Position numbers and translations under genes: made by a program | The notes under the pieces: generated by a model | Told to the model about the DNA's origin: nothing | The model's input: only the letters and a program-made list of their open reading frames with translations | Database searches by the model: none | NCBI GenBank assembly: GCA_002269645.1 | Contig: NIVC01000874.1 | Coordinates: forward strand, 186,001 to 250,000 | DNA: 64,000 nt | Reading direction: 5' to 3' | Source: Macrostomum lignano | Taxonomy: Eukaryota | Shown: positions 1-14,017 of the stretch, piece after piece | Layout of the letters: each line of letters begins with the position of its first letter | How positions within the stretch are numbered: the stretch's first letter is position 1

Positions 1-1416
1 CATGCCGCCCATCCGCTTGATCTTCCACACGATGGCGTTGTCAGAGGCCTTGTACCTGGCCCGGCCCTTCATGCACACCACCTGCACTCCGCTGGTGTTC
101 AGCGGGGTGGGGATTCGAACCTCGACCTTCTGGGCCAGCAGGGACGGCTTGAAGTTGCTCTTCACCACCACCTTGACCTCCATGCCGGACCGGCCGGTCT
201 CGCGCACCAACGGGATGACCCGGAACGGCAGGCTGATGTCCTTGGTGGTCCGGTAGGTCATGAGTTCGAACTCGCCGTCCGGCGGGATGAACGAGATGGA
301 GTGCTCGGTGTCGAACTTGCTGAGCTTCACGCACTGGTGGAACTGGCAGTCGTCGATGGCGATGTGGCCGGACTTGCCCCCGCCGCCTCCCGAGGCTTCG
401 CCGGCGCCGCCGCCGCGCCTGCTGTCCACCACGACCTTGTCGTTGATGCCGAACTTGCACTCGGGCATGCCGGACAGGTAGGACTTCATTCGGACACGGC
501 CGGACACGTGGGCGGACAGCACCTGGCCCTGGGGCGACATCAGCAGGTTGACGGACTCGATCACGTCAAGGAACAGCTCGTTGCGCCGGTACTTGATGCC
601 CTCCCGGCGCCAGGCGATCTGTCCCGTGACCTGCGGGATATTTAATGGTATACGGATGCTTGGGCGGTTGAAATTAATAGACAAAATAGAAGGCTGTCTA
701 CGCAACGGAACGCTCACTACGTCAATTAAGGTTAGTTGAAGGTTCAAACATTAATATTAATAATCTCTGTGCAATACGTTAGTGAAGGCTCTCTACGTCA
801 TTTAGGAATCTCAACGTTAGATAAGGATCCCTACGTTAACGAAGGTTCCCAAACTTAACTAAGAATGCCTACGTTAAAGACGGCTCACTTCGCTACGATA
901 TCCTACGAGTACAATAAATAGTCGAGGCTCTCTACGTAAATGAAGTCTCCCCCACCCCACCTGATTGGTAATTCTCGTGGTCTCCTCCTTGGTCTGCGCC
1001 CTGACGCCCTGCTGGGTGATGTAGGTCTTCAGCACGCCCGTGTCGGTGTTCTGCGGGTAGCCATAGTCCAGCAGCTCGTCAAGCAGCTCGTAGATGAGCA
1101 CAAAGTTATTCTTGATGTTCTCCTCGTTGATCTTGCCGAAGTAGGACACCATGACTTCGATCATCTTGTAGAGAAACTGGAACACCAGCGATGCGCTGAC
1201 GTTCTTCTTGGCCACCGCGCACAGCCAGATGTTCGACCGCTTCACGTGGAAAAAGCTGGTGCGGCCGATGCTGCTGACTGGCGACCGCACCTGCTGCCTG
1301 GCGTGAATGACGTTCACCCTGAAGGCGTCCACCGCCTCGCGACCGATGTCGTCTCGGTAGACCCGCGAGATTAGCACCTCGCCTTTGTGGTTGTAGATGA
1401 ATAGGCCGCCTATCAT
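1..1416 (-). CDS. AP2M1: AP-2 complex subunit mu (clathrin adaptor mu2), 5' part; continues beyond the left edge
   Basis: Exon 1 1416-961 ([25 protein letters not shown]...TTRITNQ). Phase-0 GT-AG intron 960-631. Exon 2 630-1 is open throughout ([23 protein letters not shown]...[14 protein letters not shown]...[10 protein letters not shown]...[11 protein letters not shown]). Matches the conserved mu2 sequence. Confidence 0.97.
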
Positions 1417-1661
1417 GGCTGAGCTGTGTGACACTGCCCTGCTCAGCTGGCAATTAACTAGTGCATGAATGCAACGGTACTAAATAAATAAATTTTTGTT
1501 AACATCCATAACAAAGGACAGAATAGCTAAGGGGTTGATATGCTCATATATACAATATGAGCATAGGGAATAAAATAGGGAATAGCCCAAATAGAGCACT
1601 AAGGATATATATATATTTAACAGGGTGCAGTAGCTTTGGGGTTAACAAGAATCATGCTTGG

Positions 1662-1812
1662 GCGCAACCTTAGGATTCACTCGGCCGTTTCTATTGGCAA
1701 CACACACATGTATGTCGCTATTGGACAGAATAGTAGTCACTGCTTTCAGCCAATAGCGACTTACATGTGTGTGTTGCCAATAGAAATGGCCGGGTGATTC
1801 CCAAGGTTGCGC
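1662..1812. repeat. Inverted repeat / MITE-like hairpin (63-bp arms, 25-bp spacer)
   Basis: 1662-1724 GCGCAACCTTAGGATTCACTCGGCCGTTTCTATTGGCAACACACACATGTATGTCGCTATTGG is the reverse complement of 1750-1812 with about 5 mismatches. Confidence 0.9.
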
Positions 1813-2487
1813 ATGTATGATGTCAAGAATGCAAACAAATTTTATACAAAACTATAGAATCAATAGACCTACCTATCCAAGGTTTGATATTATATATTTA
1901 TTGATTTGCTTGACAATTTATATTGAAATATATTATAACAATCTGGCTATTAAGCATTATTGAAGATTATAAGCATAAAGACATAACAAGACAGGTACTG
2001 CAAATATTGTTGTTGGCTACTAAATATTATCTATAACTAAAATCAAAACTCAATAGAAGGGAAAGTTACATTATTTTATAATATATTTACTTAAGTTAAT
2101 GTTTTAGAAAATAAAAAGATCTATATATAATCTAAACAAAACTAGAGGCTATAGTAGGCTTAAACCTATATGAATAAAACCTTTATATAAAAGAAATATA
2201 TTGTATAACAAGTAGCCTTGTAAAATATTATGATAAAGTGACCAAATATTGAAATACCTAGAACTTAGCTACTTAATACTTTGATATCATATCAACTAAT
2301 TAGTCAAGTGGTAAATGACAATGCATTGCATTGCAACACATATTAGTACATATGGTAATGCATACAAAACTATTAAAAAACTTTATCTTTCTATTAAAAC
2401 GATATAACCACCAATAAAATGGCTACTCATCTTAAATATAGAAATTTTTTTAAAAATTCAAACACTAATACAAATTTTATATACAAT

Positions 2488-3035
2488 CTCGGGATCGGGA
2501 TCGGGATTGAAAATAATTTTGGGATTGGGATTCGGGATTAGTATTTGGGATTCGGGAATCCGGGATCTGAGAATATATTACTTACTAACTAATGAATCAA
2601 GGATTCAAAGATAGTTTTATCTGACTATCTATGCTATTCAGCCTTGATCACACGAAAGGCAACTGTTCCGCATTAATGTAATATTGAATTGCATTAGTTA
2701 TACTGCTTTTTTCTTGTAAAATTCTGTTTCTGGAATCGCTTTGTGAAAAGCCTCATACTCGTTAGTTTGTTATTTACAAGTACAACTCTTTACAAAACTG
2801 TTACTAAGTAAAAATCTGCTGCTTTATTTGGTGAATTCAAGGTCAAACTTTCAACATATTTATAGTTGCTGTTACAAAAATTAGCTTAGTATTGATTACT
2901 GCTCTTGATTGTTGAAAGCATCATCTTTATTATCAATCTATTGTGCTCCCGAGTTTTCTAAGCCTTTGGGATCCCGATCCCGAATTCCCAAAAAATCTTT
3001 GGGATCCCAAGAATTCGAGATCGGGATCGGGATCC
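2488..3035. repeat. GGGATC/GGGATT-motif dispersed repeat clusters in inverted orientation
   Basis: CGGGATCGGGATCGGGAT at ~2490-2507 and GGATCCCGATCCCGA at ~2969-2985. A similar cluster occurs at ~43255-43350. Confidence 0.5.
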
Positions 3036-4059
3036 TGTTCGAGCTCTACTTACAATTGACATGCTTAGTAGTGACTAGAACCAAGAAGGAGTCATAGATA
3101 TCCTATTAGGTAACAAAATGGATTATAATGACAAAATAGCAGATAATAAAATGATTAAGAACTACATAAATACTAAGGGTTAGACAAATCATATTTTAGA
3201 TATTTTTCAAATTTGATTGAGATTTGAGATTAGGCTTAATTAACATTTGTAGGCCTATTTACACTATTTTATCTATTATACTACTAATATGGTTATTTGT
3301 TAAATATGTACAATGATAGTAATAATAGAAGGAAAAACAATTGTTATATAATATTGAGCTGGTTAATAACTTGATATATATCTAAACTTTCAAATCTATT
3401 ATATGGTAGGCGCCTATACTAGAAAAAGTTACCTCCTTTATTATATTTTTAATATTAGAAAAATAAATTTACTCATGATATATGCACATTGTTGGAAGAG
3501 ATTTCAACAATAAAAGACCTTTTTTGCATTGCAACACTAGGACCTTTTTGCATTACAATATTTTGGTATTTTGTATGCTAATAGCTAGGGCCACCATATG
3601 TCAGCTCTGCCTCTGTGGCATAATTTTCAGGTAAATTATTTTGTACACCAGATATTTTATGCCAACCCTTTTTCATGTCCATTTTATGCTAGAATTTTCT
3701 TGTGTATATATTATTATTAGATTTGGGAATGAGGATATATATAAAATATAAATTATATGACCTAATATTGTTGTTGTTACTAATAGGCCTAGTCATGTAA
3801 GTCACAAATCCTGACTTTTTTTAAGATCTTAAAACTAAGATTGAGATAAAAAAGTGCCAAGATCTTGATGATTAATAATAAGATTGAGATTAAGATCTTG
3901 TCTAACCCCTTAATCAGTGGCGCAACCAGGGGGTCAAGGGGGTGGTTACCCCAACGATTAGCTTAAGTGGAGACTAGAAAAAAGTCAAAGGGAGACCAAG
4001 CAAATTTTTGCTAAAATATAAAGTTGCACTTTTTTGCCCACTTTTAGGTTTTTACTAGC

Positions 4060-5260
4060 AATCTACGCCCCCCGTTGGGGAGCCAAAGAAATGCAATACA
4101 CGTTTTTTAAATAAGCTACATGTATCCTTGAAATCTTAAAAAATCTCCTGTCAAACCTTGTAAGCCTTGACATGTCAGTAATTCCCCCCCACAAGCTTTA
4201 ACATATCAACTCCCCCCTTGACATCTTAGCAATGCCCCCAATAAGCCTTGGAAATCTAAAAATATCTGTCAACCTTCTAACCCTAACCCTAGCCTAACCC
4301 TAACCCTAACCCTAACCCTAACCCTAACCCTAACCTAACCCTAAAGCATTGAAATTTCAGTAATAATTCTCTCTAAGAGTCATTATAGCACTACTACAGC
4401 ATTATAGCGATTCCCTGCAAGCCTCGACATCGTAGGGATTCCCAAATGAATCTCTTAACTTCGACATGAAGCTTCTTTTATTTTTTACATTACGCTTTTT
4501 TTATCAGCGATCCCTCCCCTGAGGAGGCATCAAATAATATAATAAAATTTTTTCAATAAACTACATGTAGCTTCTGACTTTAGCCTTGAAATCTCATTTA
4601 TACCCCCGTGAGCCTTGACATCTCAGCTATTCCCCCCGTAAACCTTAACATGTCAGCGATGGCCCCCATAAACCTTGAAATCTAAAAAATCCCCTGTTAT
4701 TCTGTTAACCTTGAAACCCGATAAAATCTAACCCTCAACCCACACCTGACCTAAACCTAACTTTAACCCAACCTAAAGCCTTGAAATCTCAGCAATTCTT
4801 CTCCCCTAAGCCTTGACATTTTAGTGATTCCTTCTTTAAGAATCACAGCACTATAACAATTTCCACCAAGCTTTGACCTCGTAGCAATTCCCAAATGAGT
4901 CTTTTAACTTCGACATGACTTTTCTTTTATGTATACGTAGTGCTACTTTTATTTTTTACATGACTCTTCTTCTATCAGCGCCCCCCCCCAGTGGCGAGCC
5001 AACAAAGAATACAATAAAAAAATTGAGTAAAGTACATGAACTTTGAAGTAGCTTCTGACTTTTGCTTTGACATCACAGAAACCCCCCCCCTAATCTCAGT
5101 TATTCTCTGAGAGCCTTGACGTCTCAGTTTTTCTCCCCAGCACAGCATTATAGCTGCATTTAATTTTTACATGACACCCTTCATGTCTGACATGATGCTT
5201 CTTTTATTCTACCATGATGCTTCTTAATTTTTTAAATGACACTTTCATTAGTTTTTAAAT
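4060..5260 (+). repeat. Degenerate ~450-bp tandem duplication built from GCCTTGA(C/A)AT...CCCCC subunits
   Basis: TTCCCAAATGAATCTCTTAACTTCGACATGA (~4439) recurs as TTCCCAAATGAGTCTTTTAACTTCGACATGA (~4888). CTACATG and CCTTGAAATCT motifs recur in register. Confidence 0.7.
4278..4344 (-). repeat. Interstitial telomere-type (TTAGGG)n tract
   Basis: About 10 near-perfect CCCTAA units on the plus strand; a degenerate counterpart lies at ~4725-4775. Confidence 0.85.
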
Positions 5261-5269
5261 AAGGCTTCT

Positions 5270-8200
5270 ATGATTTTTTCTTAACGCTTCTATGATTTTT
5301 TACATGACGCTTTTATGATTGTTTACATGACGCTTCTATGATCTTTACATGACGCTTCTATGATTTTTTACATGACGCTTCTATGATTTTTATATGACGC
5401 TTCTATGATTGTTTACATGACGCTTCTATGATTTTTATATGACGCTTCTATGATTTTTACATGACGCTTCTATGATTGTTTACATGACGCTTCTATGATT
5501 TTTATATGACGCTTCTATGATTGTTTACATGACGCTTCTATGATTTTTACATGACGCTTCTATGATTTTTATATGACGCTTCTATGATTGTTTACATGAC
5601 GCTTCTATGATTGTTTACATGACGCTTCTATGATTTTTACATGACGCTTCTATGATTGTTTACATGACGCTTCTATGATTTTTATATGACGCTTCTATGA
5701 TTTTTACATGACGCTTCTATGATTGTTTACATGACGCTTCTATGATTTTACATGACGCTTCTATGATTTTTATATGACGCTTCTATGATTTTTACATGAC
5801 GCTTCTATGATTTTATATGACGCTTCTATGATTGTTTACATGACGCTTCTATGATTTTTATGACGCTTCTATGATTTTTACATGACGCTTCTATGATTTT
5901 TTACATGACGCTTCTATGATTTTTTATATGACGCTTCTATGATTGTTTACATGACGCTTCTATGATTTTTTATGACGCTTCTATGATTTTTTACATGACG
6001 CTTCTATGATTTTTTATAACGCTTCTATGATTTTTTACATGACGCTTCTATGATTTTTTACATGACGCTTCTATGATTTTTTACATGACGCTTCTATGAT
6101 TTTTACATGACGCTTCTATGATTGTTTACATGACGCTTCTATGATTTTTACATGACGCTTCTATGATTGTTTACATGACGCTTCTATGATTGTTTACATG
6201 ACGCTTCTATGATTTTTTACATGACGCTTCTATGATTGTTTACATGACGCTTCTATGATTTTTACATGACGCTTCTATGATTTTTACATGACGCTTCTAT
6301 GATTGTTTACATGACGCTTCTATGATTTTTACATGACGCTTCTATGATTGTTTACATGACGCTTCTATGATTTTTACATGACGCTTCTATGATTTTTACA
6401 TGACGCTTCTATGATTTTTACATGACGCTTCTATGATTTTTACATGACGCTTCTATGATTTTTACATGACGCTTCTATGATTTTTACATGACGCTTCTAT
6501 GATTTTTACATGACGCTTCTATGATTTTTACATGACGCTTCTATGATTGTTTACATGACGCTTCTATGATTTTTACATGACGCTTCTATGATTTTTTACA
6601 TGACGCTTCTATGATTGTTTACATGACGCTTCTATGATTTTTACATGACGCTTCTATGATTTTTACATGACGCTTCTATGATTTTTACATGACGCTTCTA
6701 TGATTGTTTACATGACGCTTCTATGATTTTTACATGACGCTTCTATGATTTTTACATGACGCTTCTATGATTGTTTACATGACGCTTCTATGATTTTTTA
6801 CATGACGCTTCTATGATTGTTTACATGACGCTTCTATGATTGTTAACATGACGCTTCTATGATTGTTTACATGACGCTTCTATGATTTTTATATGACGCT
6901 TCTATGATTTTTTACATGACGCTTCTATGATTTTTATATGACGCTTCTATGATTTTTACATGACGCTTCTATGATTTTTACATGACGCTTCTATGATTTT
7001 TACATGACGCTTCTATGATTTTTACATGACGCTTCTATGATTTTTTACATGACGCTTCTATGATTTTTTACATGACGCTTCTATGATTTTTACATGACGC
7101 TTCTATGATTTTTATGACGCTTCTATGATTTTTACATGACGCTTCTATGATTTTTACATGACGCTTCTATGATTTTTATATGACGCTTCTACGATTTTTT
7201 ACATGACGCTTCTATGATTGTTTACATGACGCTTCTATGATTTTTTACATGACGCTTCTATGATTTTTACATGACGCTTCTATGATTTTTACATGACGCT
7301 TCTATGATTTTTACATGACGCTTCTATGATTGTTTACATGACGCTTCTATGATTTTTACATGACGCTTCTATGATTTTTTACATGACGCTTCTATGATTG
7401 TTTACATGACGCTTCTATGATTGTTTACATGACGCTTCTATGATTTTTATATGACGCTTCTATGATTGTTTACATGACGCTTCTATGATTTTTACATGAC
7501 GCTTCTATGATTTTTACATGACGCTTCTATGATTTTTACATGACGCTTCTATGATTTTTACATGACGCTTCTATGATTTTTTACATGACGCTTCTATGAT
7601 TTTTATATGACGCTTCTACGATTTTTTACATGACGCTTCTATGATTTTTACATGACGCTTCTATGATTTTTTACATGACGCTTCTATGATTTTTACATGA
7701 CGCTTCTATGATTTTTTTAATGACGCTTCTATGATTTTTACATGACGCTTCTATGATTGTTTACATGACGCTTCTATGATTTTTACATGACGCTTCTATG
7801 ATTTTTACATGACGCTTCTATGATTTTTACATGACGCTTCTATGATTTTACATGACGCTTCTATGATTGTTTACATGACGCTTCTATGATTGTTAACATG
7901 ACGCTTCTATGATTGTTTACATGACGCTTCTATGATTTTTATATGACGCTTCTATGATTTTTTAAATGACGCTTCTATGATTTTTGCATGACGCTTCTAT
8001 GATTTTTACATGACGCTTCTATGATTGTTTACATGACGCTTCTATGATTTTTATATGACGCTTCTATGATTTTTTACATGACGCTTCTATGATTTTTTAC
8101 ATGACGCTTTTATGATTTTTTTATATGACGCTTCTATGATTGTTTACATGACGCTTCTATGATTGTTTACATGACGCTTCTATGATTGTTATTATGACGC

Positions 8201-11200
8201 TTCTACGATTTTTTACATGACGCTTCTATGATTTTTATATAACGCTTCTACGATTTTTTACATGACGCTTCTATGATTGTTTACATGACGCTTCTATGAT
8301 TTTTATATGACGCTTCTATGATTTTTTACATGACGCTTCTATGATTGTTTACATGACGCTTCTATGATCTTTACATGACGCTTCTATGATTTTTATATGA
8401 CGCTTCAATGATTGTTTACATGACGCTTCTATGATTTTTATATGACGCTTCTATGATTGTTTACATGACGCTTCTATGATTGTTTACATGACGCTTCTAT
8501 GATTTTTACATGACGCTTCTATGATTTTTTAATGACGCTTCTATGATTTTTATATGACGCTTCTATGATTTTTTACATGACGCTTCTATGATTGTTTACA
8601 TGACGCTTCTATGATTTTTTACATGACGCTTCTATGATTGTTTACATGACGCTTTTATGATTTTTATATGACGCTTCTATGATTTTTTACATGACGCTTC
8701 TATGATTGTTTACACGACGCTTCTATGATTGTTTACATGACGCTTCAATGATTGTTATTATGACGCTTCTACGATTTTTTACATGACGCTTCTATGATTT
8801 TTATATAACGCTTCTACGATTTTTTACATGACGCTTCTATGATTTTTTACATGACGCTTCTCTGATTTTTTTAATGACGCTTCTATGATTGTTTACATGA
8901 CGCTTCTATGATTGTTTACATGACGCTTCTATGATTTTTTTAATGACGCTTCTATGATTTTTTACATGACGCTTCTATGATTGTTTACATGACGCTTCTA
9001 TGATTGTTAACATGACGCTTCTATGATTTTTTACATGACACTTCTACGATTGTTTACATGACTCTTCTATGATTGTTAACATGACGCTTCTATGATTGTT
9101 TACATGACGCTTCTATGATTGTTAACATGACGCTTCTATGATTGTTTACATGACGCTTCTATGATTTTTTACATGACACTTCTACGATTGTTTACATGAC
9201 GCTTCTATGATTGTTTACATGACGCTTCTATGATTGTTTACATGACGCTTCTATGATTGTTTACATGACGCTTCTATGATTGTTAACATGACGCTTCTAG
9301 GATTGTTTACATGACGCTTCTATGATTTTTATATGACGCTTCTATGATTTTTTAAATGACGCTTCTATGATTTTTGCATGACACTTCTATGATTGTTTAC
9401 ATGACGCTTCTATGATTGTTTACATGACGCTTCTATGATTTTTATATGACGCTTCTATGATTTTTTACATGACGCTTCTATGATTTTTTACATGACGCTT
9501 CTATGATTTTTTACATGACGCTTTTATGATTTTTTTATATGACGCTTCTATGATTGTTTACATGACGCTTCTATGATTGTTATTATGACGCTTCTACGAT
9601 TTTTTACATGACGCTTCTATGATTTTTTACATGACGCTTCTATGATTGTTTACATGACGCTTCTATGATTTTTATATGACGCTTCTATGATTTTTTACAT
9701 GACGCTTCTATGATTGTTTACATGACGCTTCTATGATCTTTACATGACGCTTCTATGATTTTTATATGACGCTTCAATGATTGTTTACATGACGCTTCTA
9801 TGATTTTTATATGACGCTTCTATGATTGTTTACATGACGCTTCAATGATTGTTATTATGACGCTTCTACGATTTTTTACATGACGCTTCTATGATTTTTA
9901 TATAACGCTTCTACGATTTTTTACATGACGCTTCTATGATTTTTTACATGACGCTTCTCTGATTTTTTTAATGACGCTTCTATGATTGTTTACATGACGC
10001 TTCTATGATTGTTTACATGACGCATCTATGATTTTTATATGACGCTTCTATGATTTTTTACATGACGCTTCTATGATTGTTTACATGACGCTTCTATGAT
10101 TGTTAACATGACGCTTCTATGATTTTTTACATGACACTTCTACGATTGTTTACATGACGCTTCTATGATTGTTAACATGACGCTTCTATGATTGTTTACA
10201 TGACGCTTCTATGATTGTTAACATGACGCTTGTATGATTGTTTACATGACGCTTCTATGATTTTTTACATGACACTTCTACGATTGTTTACATGACGCTT
10301 CTATGATTGTTTACATGACGCTTCTATGATTGTTTACATGACGCTTCTATGATTGTTTACATGACGCTTCTATGATTGTTAACATGACGCTTCTAGGATT
10401 GTTTACATGACGCTTCTATGATTTTTATATGACGCTTCTATGATTTTTATATGACGCTTCTATGATTTTTTACATGACGCTTCTATGATTTTTTACATGA
10501 CGCTTTTATGATTTTTTTATTTGACGCTTCTATGATTTTTTCCATGACGCTTCTATGATTGTTTACATGACGCTTCTATGATTGTTATTATGACGCTTCT
10601 ACGATTTTTTACATGACGCTTCTATGATTTTTATATAACGCTTCTACGATTTTTTACATGACGCTTCTATGATTGTTTACATGACGCTTCTATGATTTTT
10701 ATATGACGCTTCTATGATTTTTTACATGACGCTTCTATGATTGTTTACATGACGCTTCTATGATCTTTACATGACGCTTCTATGATTTTTATATGACGCT
10801 TCTATGATTGTTTACATGACGCTTCTATGATTGTTTACATGACGCTTCTATGATTGTTTACATGACGCTTCTATGATTTTTTTAATGACGCTTCTATGAT
10901 TTTTATATGACGCTTCTATGATTTTTTACATGACGCTTCTATGATTTTTATATGATGCTTCTATGATTTTTTACATGACGCTTCTATGATTGTTTACATG
11001 ACGCTTTTATGATTTTTATATGACGCTTCTATGATTTTTTACATGACGCTTCTATGATTGTTTACACGACGCTTCTATGATTGTTTACATGACGCTTCTA
11101 TGATTGTTAACATGACGCTTCTATGATTTTTTACATGACGCATCTATGATTTTTATATGACGCTTCTATGATTTTTTAAATGACGCTGCTATGATTTTTA

Positions 11201-11597
11201 TATGACGCTTCTATGATTGTTTACATGACGCTTCTATGATTGTTTACATGACGCTTCTATGATTTTTTAAATGACGCATCTATGATTTTTATATGACGCT
11301 ACTATGTTTTTTTATATGACGCTTCTATGATTTTTACATGACGCTTCTATGATTGTTAACATGACGCTTCTATGATTTTTTACATGACGCATCTATGATT
11401 TTTATATGACGCTTCTATGATTTTTTAAATGACGCTTCTATGATTTTTATATGACGCTTCTATGATTGTTTACATGACGCTTCTATGATTGTTTACATGA
11501 CGCTTCTATGATTTTTTAAATGACGCATCTATGATTTTTATATGACGCTACTATGATTTTTTATATGACGCTTCTATGATTTTTACATGACGCTTCT
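5270..11597 (+). repeat. Satellite array, 22-23-bp unit CATGACGCTTCTATGATT(T/G)TTTA
   Basis: Continuous head-to-tail array of ~6.3 kb with variable T-run length and no unique spacers. Confidence 0.99.
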
Positions 11598-14017
11598 TTT
11601 TAAAAAGTCTTTTAGTTTTCCTGACGTTGAAAAGCTTTAATTAAAAAAATTATACTCTACGAAAATTCGAACCATCGTCGCTGCATTTAGCAGTTCAGTT
11701 TGTTCACCTCTAGGCTAGCTCTCATCGTTTTGATAACATCAAATTTTGCACTTATATAATTCAAAACTTGAAAATCCAAGCATAGAGTAAATCACACGAA
11801 GCAGTTATGACATAATCAGTTTCTCAGTCAGTCAGTATCAGTTAACAATATGGTTACGCAATTTAAATCAAGTCTGGTGCTACGCTTCCACACTGCATTT
11901 TCAATTCAAGTCGGAGTTACAATTCAGTTATGATGCAATCTATTTCAGAATCAGAATTCAACCAGTCAGTTTTTTCTCTAGCATTCTTACAATGCATTTC
12001 AAGTCGAAAAGTTTGCTTGACCTTTGCAAAAAAGCATGTTTTTCGAATATTTAATGCCTTTAGCATCGAGCAATTTCTTAGCCACGATGCATGTACCGTC
12101 ACGGGAAAATTTCTGATCGAACAGTGCAAGTTTGAACAAAATCGGTCCAGCCATTTTTTCTCTAATCGATCACATAGACACAGACAGACCATTTTTAGTA
12201 TATAGGATACCTTCTGGCTTCCAGAATCTGCCCCCTTCAATAATTTTTAGTTGCATTATTACTAGGGGCAGTGGAACCTAATATTTTAGGAGGGCACCAG
12301 GCACAGAGCAAGGGGGCATATGTACCTTTATAAGCTAGGCCTACTAATTATGGCCTAAAATCAGAAAAAGCATTAAAAATTACCATGTGGACTTATTTTC
12401 TGGGTGGGAAAAGGGCACATACCTTTGGTGCCACAAGCTTTTGCCACCCATGACTAGGGCCTATTACCTCTAATAAATAGGCCCTATTCTACTTAGATTT
12501 TATAGCATATTATTGACCTTTGTTAGCTTTGTAATAAGGCCCAATGAAAAGAAATGATGCAATTGTTTATGAGTAGGCCTGTTGCATGATCCTTTGGTTT
12601 CCTACTCTAAATTATTTAAACCCCTTTTTGAACTTTTCAGAATCTAACAAGCTTACAGAGTTCTTGCAAGAGTTTACAGAGTTCTATGTAAAGTAGTAGT
12701 GTGCTATCCAGTAGAGGATATTGCCAAAGTGCTAATGGAGGAAAGCTCGGTGCCATATGAACTCCTATAGGTACATTTTGAACAAATTGTTGCTGGTTCC
12801 AAGCATAGCTTATACATATACTGGATATACTGCATATACACTCAGTCTGAGAACTCGACTTCACATGCTTAAGGCGGGTCGGTCGGACAGACGGAACCGA
12901 CGGATGCAGTGACTAAAACAAATGCCAAGAATATATTTTTAAAAATGTTCAGTCATTTGATACCGATGCTGAATAATAAGTAAAATAGTGATGTGAAAAA
13001 TAACAAAATACTTTCAGAAGTAGTGTTCGCCTATCTGTTTATTGCATTAAAAACTTAACGCTGTGCTCGGAGCTCTCGATCAGCCTCAAAATGTCGAAGG
13101 TCGACGTTTCACAAAGCTTAAAACCTCAAAAACCCAGAAATTCACAATTTTTCGACGTTCACTGGCTCAAGTTTTCACATTCGTTATAAAGTCTTGTTAG
13201 TTGTGCTGGCTGCTGAAAACTCCACCATTATTTAGAATATGGAAAATTTTAAAGTGTAGAGCTTCGCTCAAGCAAGAATAAGTGTTTTAGGATTTTTGAA
13301 TTATTTTCAATTTTCAATTTTTAAAGTATTTTTGAACTTATCGATGTAAAAGATGGAGCTTGTGAAATAGACCTATCTTTGTTTAAAGGTTCAGCTCAAA
13401 TTTTGTAGAGGACAAATATGTATTGACTTGTTCAGGAATAGATCTAAATCGGAAAATGCATGGAAACCCGGGGGTTAACGGCCGACTCATACGCAAAAGT
13501 ATATTTTTGGTCAATAGTCAAGAGGCGATATCTACATTCATAATACAGTACAGATAGTATAGTACACAAGTTCAGCGTGTCGTAACATAATTCAAAGTGG
13601 GGGCTATTGGGTGGGAGGGCACATTGCAAATGATTTTTTTTAATATAAGGGCACCCAAACTCCTCCTGTTATGTCAGTTTGTGACATTGATTGTGACAAC
13701 CGGGCCAATATTCAATTGTGTTTGAAGTCGCCAAAAGTCTGAAGAAAATTGTTCGGATTTTCAACTACATGTACTTCAAACATTGCGCAACTGCACTGCA
13801 CTATCAATATTTAGTAAATATCTCAAATGAATGAAAACCAGTAATTTTCTGGACCTCTTGGCTGCCTCCTTCAGTTCCTCTTGGCGCTGTCTCTTTATTC
13901 TTTTATCTGACGGCATTTTAGTGCTTTTAGTTGCAGCGCCAGCAGCGGTTTAAGTCTTGGGATTACGGCGGACTCGATATTTCGATCAAAGATGCCAAAG
14001 TAAAGGGGCTACTAAAA

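Noticed and set aside
4278-4344. True chromosome end
   Set aside because: Short, internal and flanked by genes on both sides; interstitial only.
5270-11597. CRISPR array
   Set aside because: Head-to-tail units with no unique spacers, no cas genes, eukaryotic context. The same applies to all other arrays.
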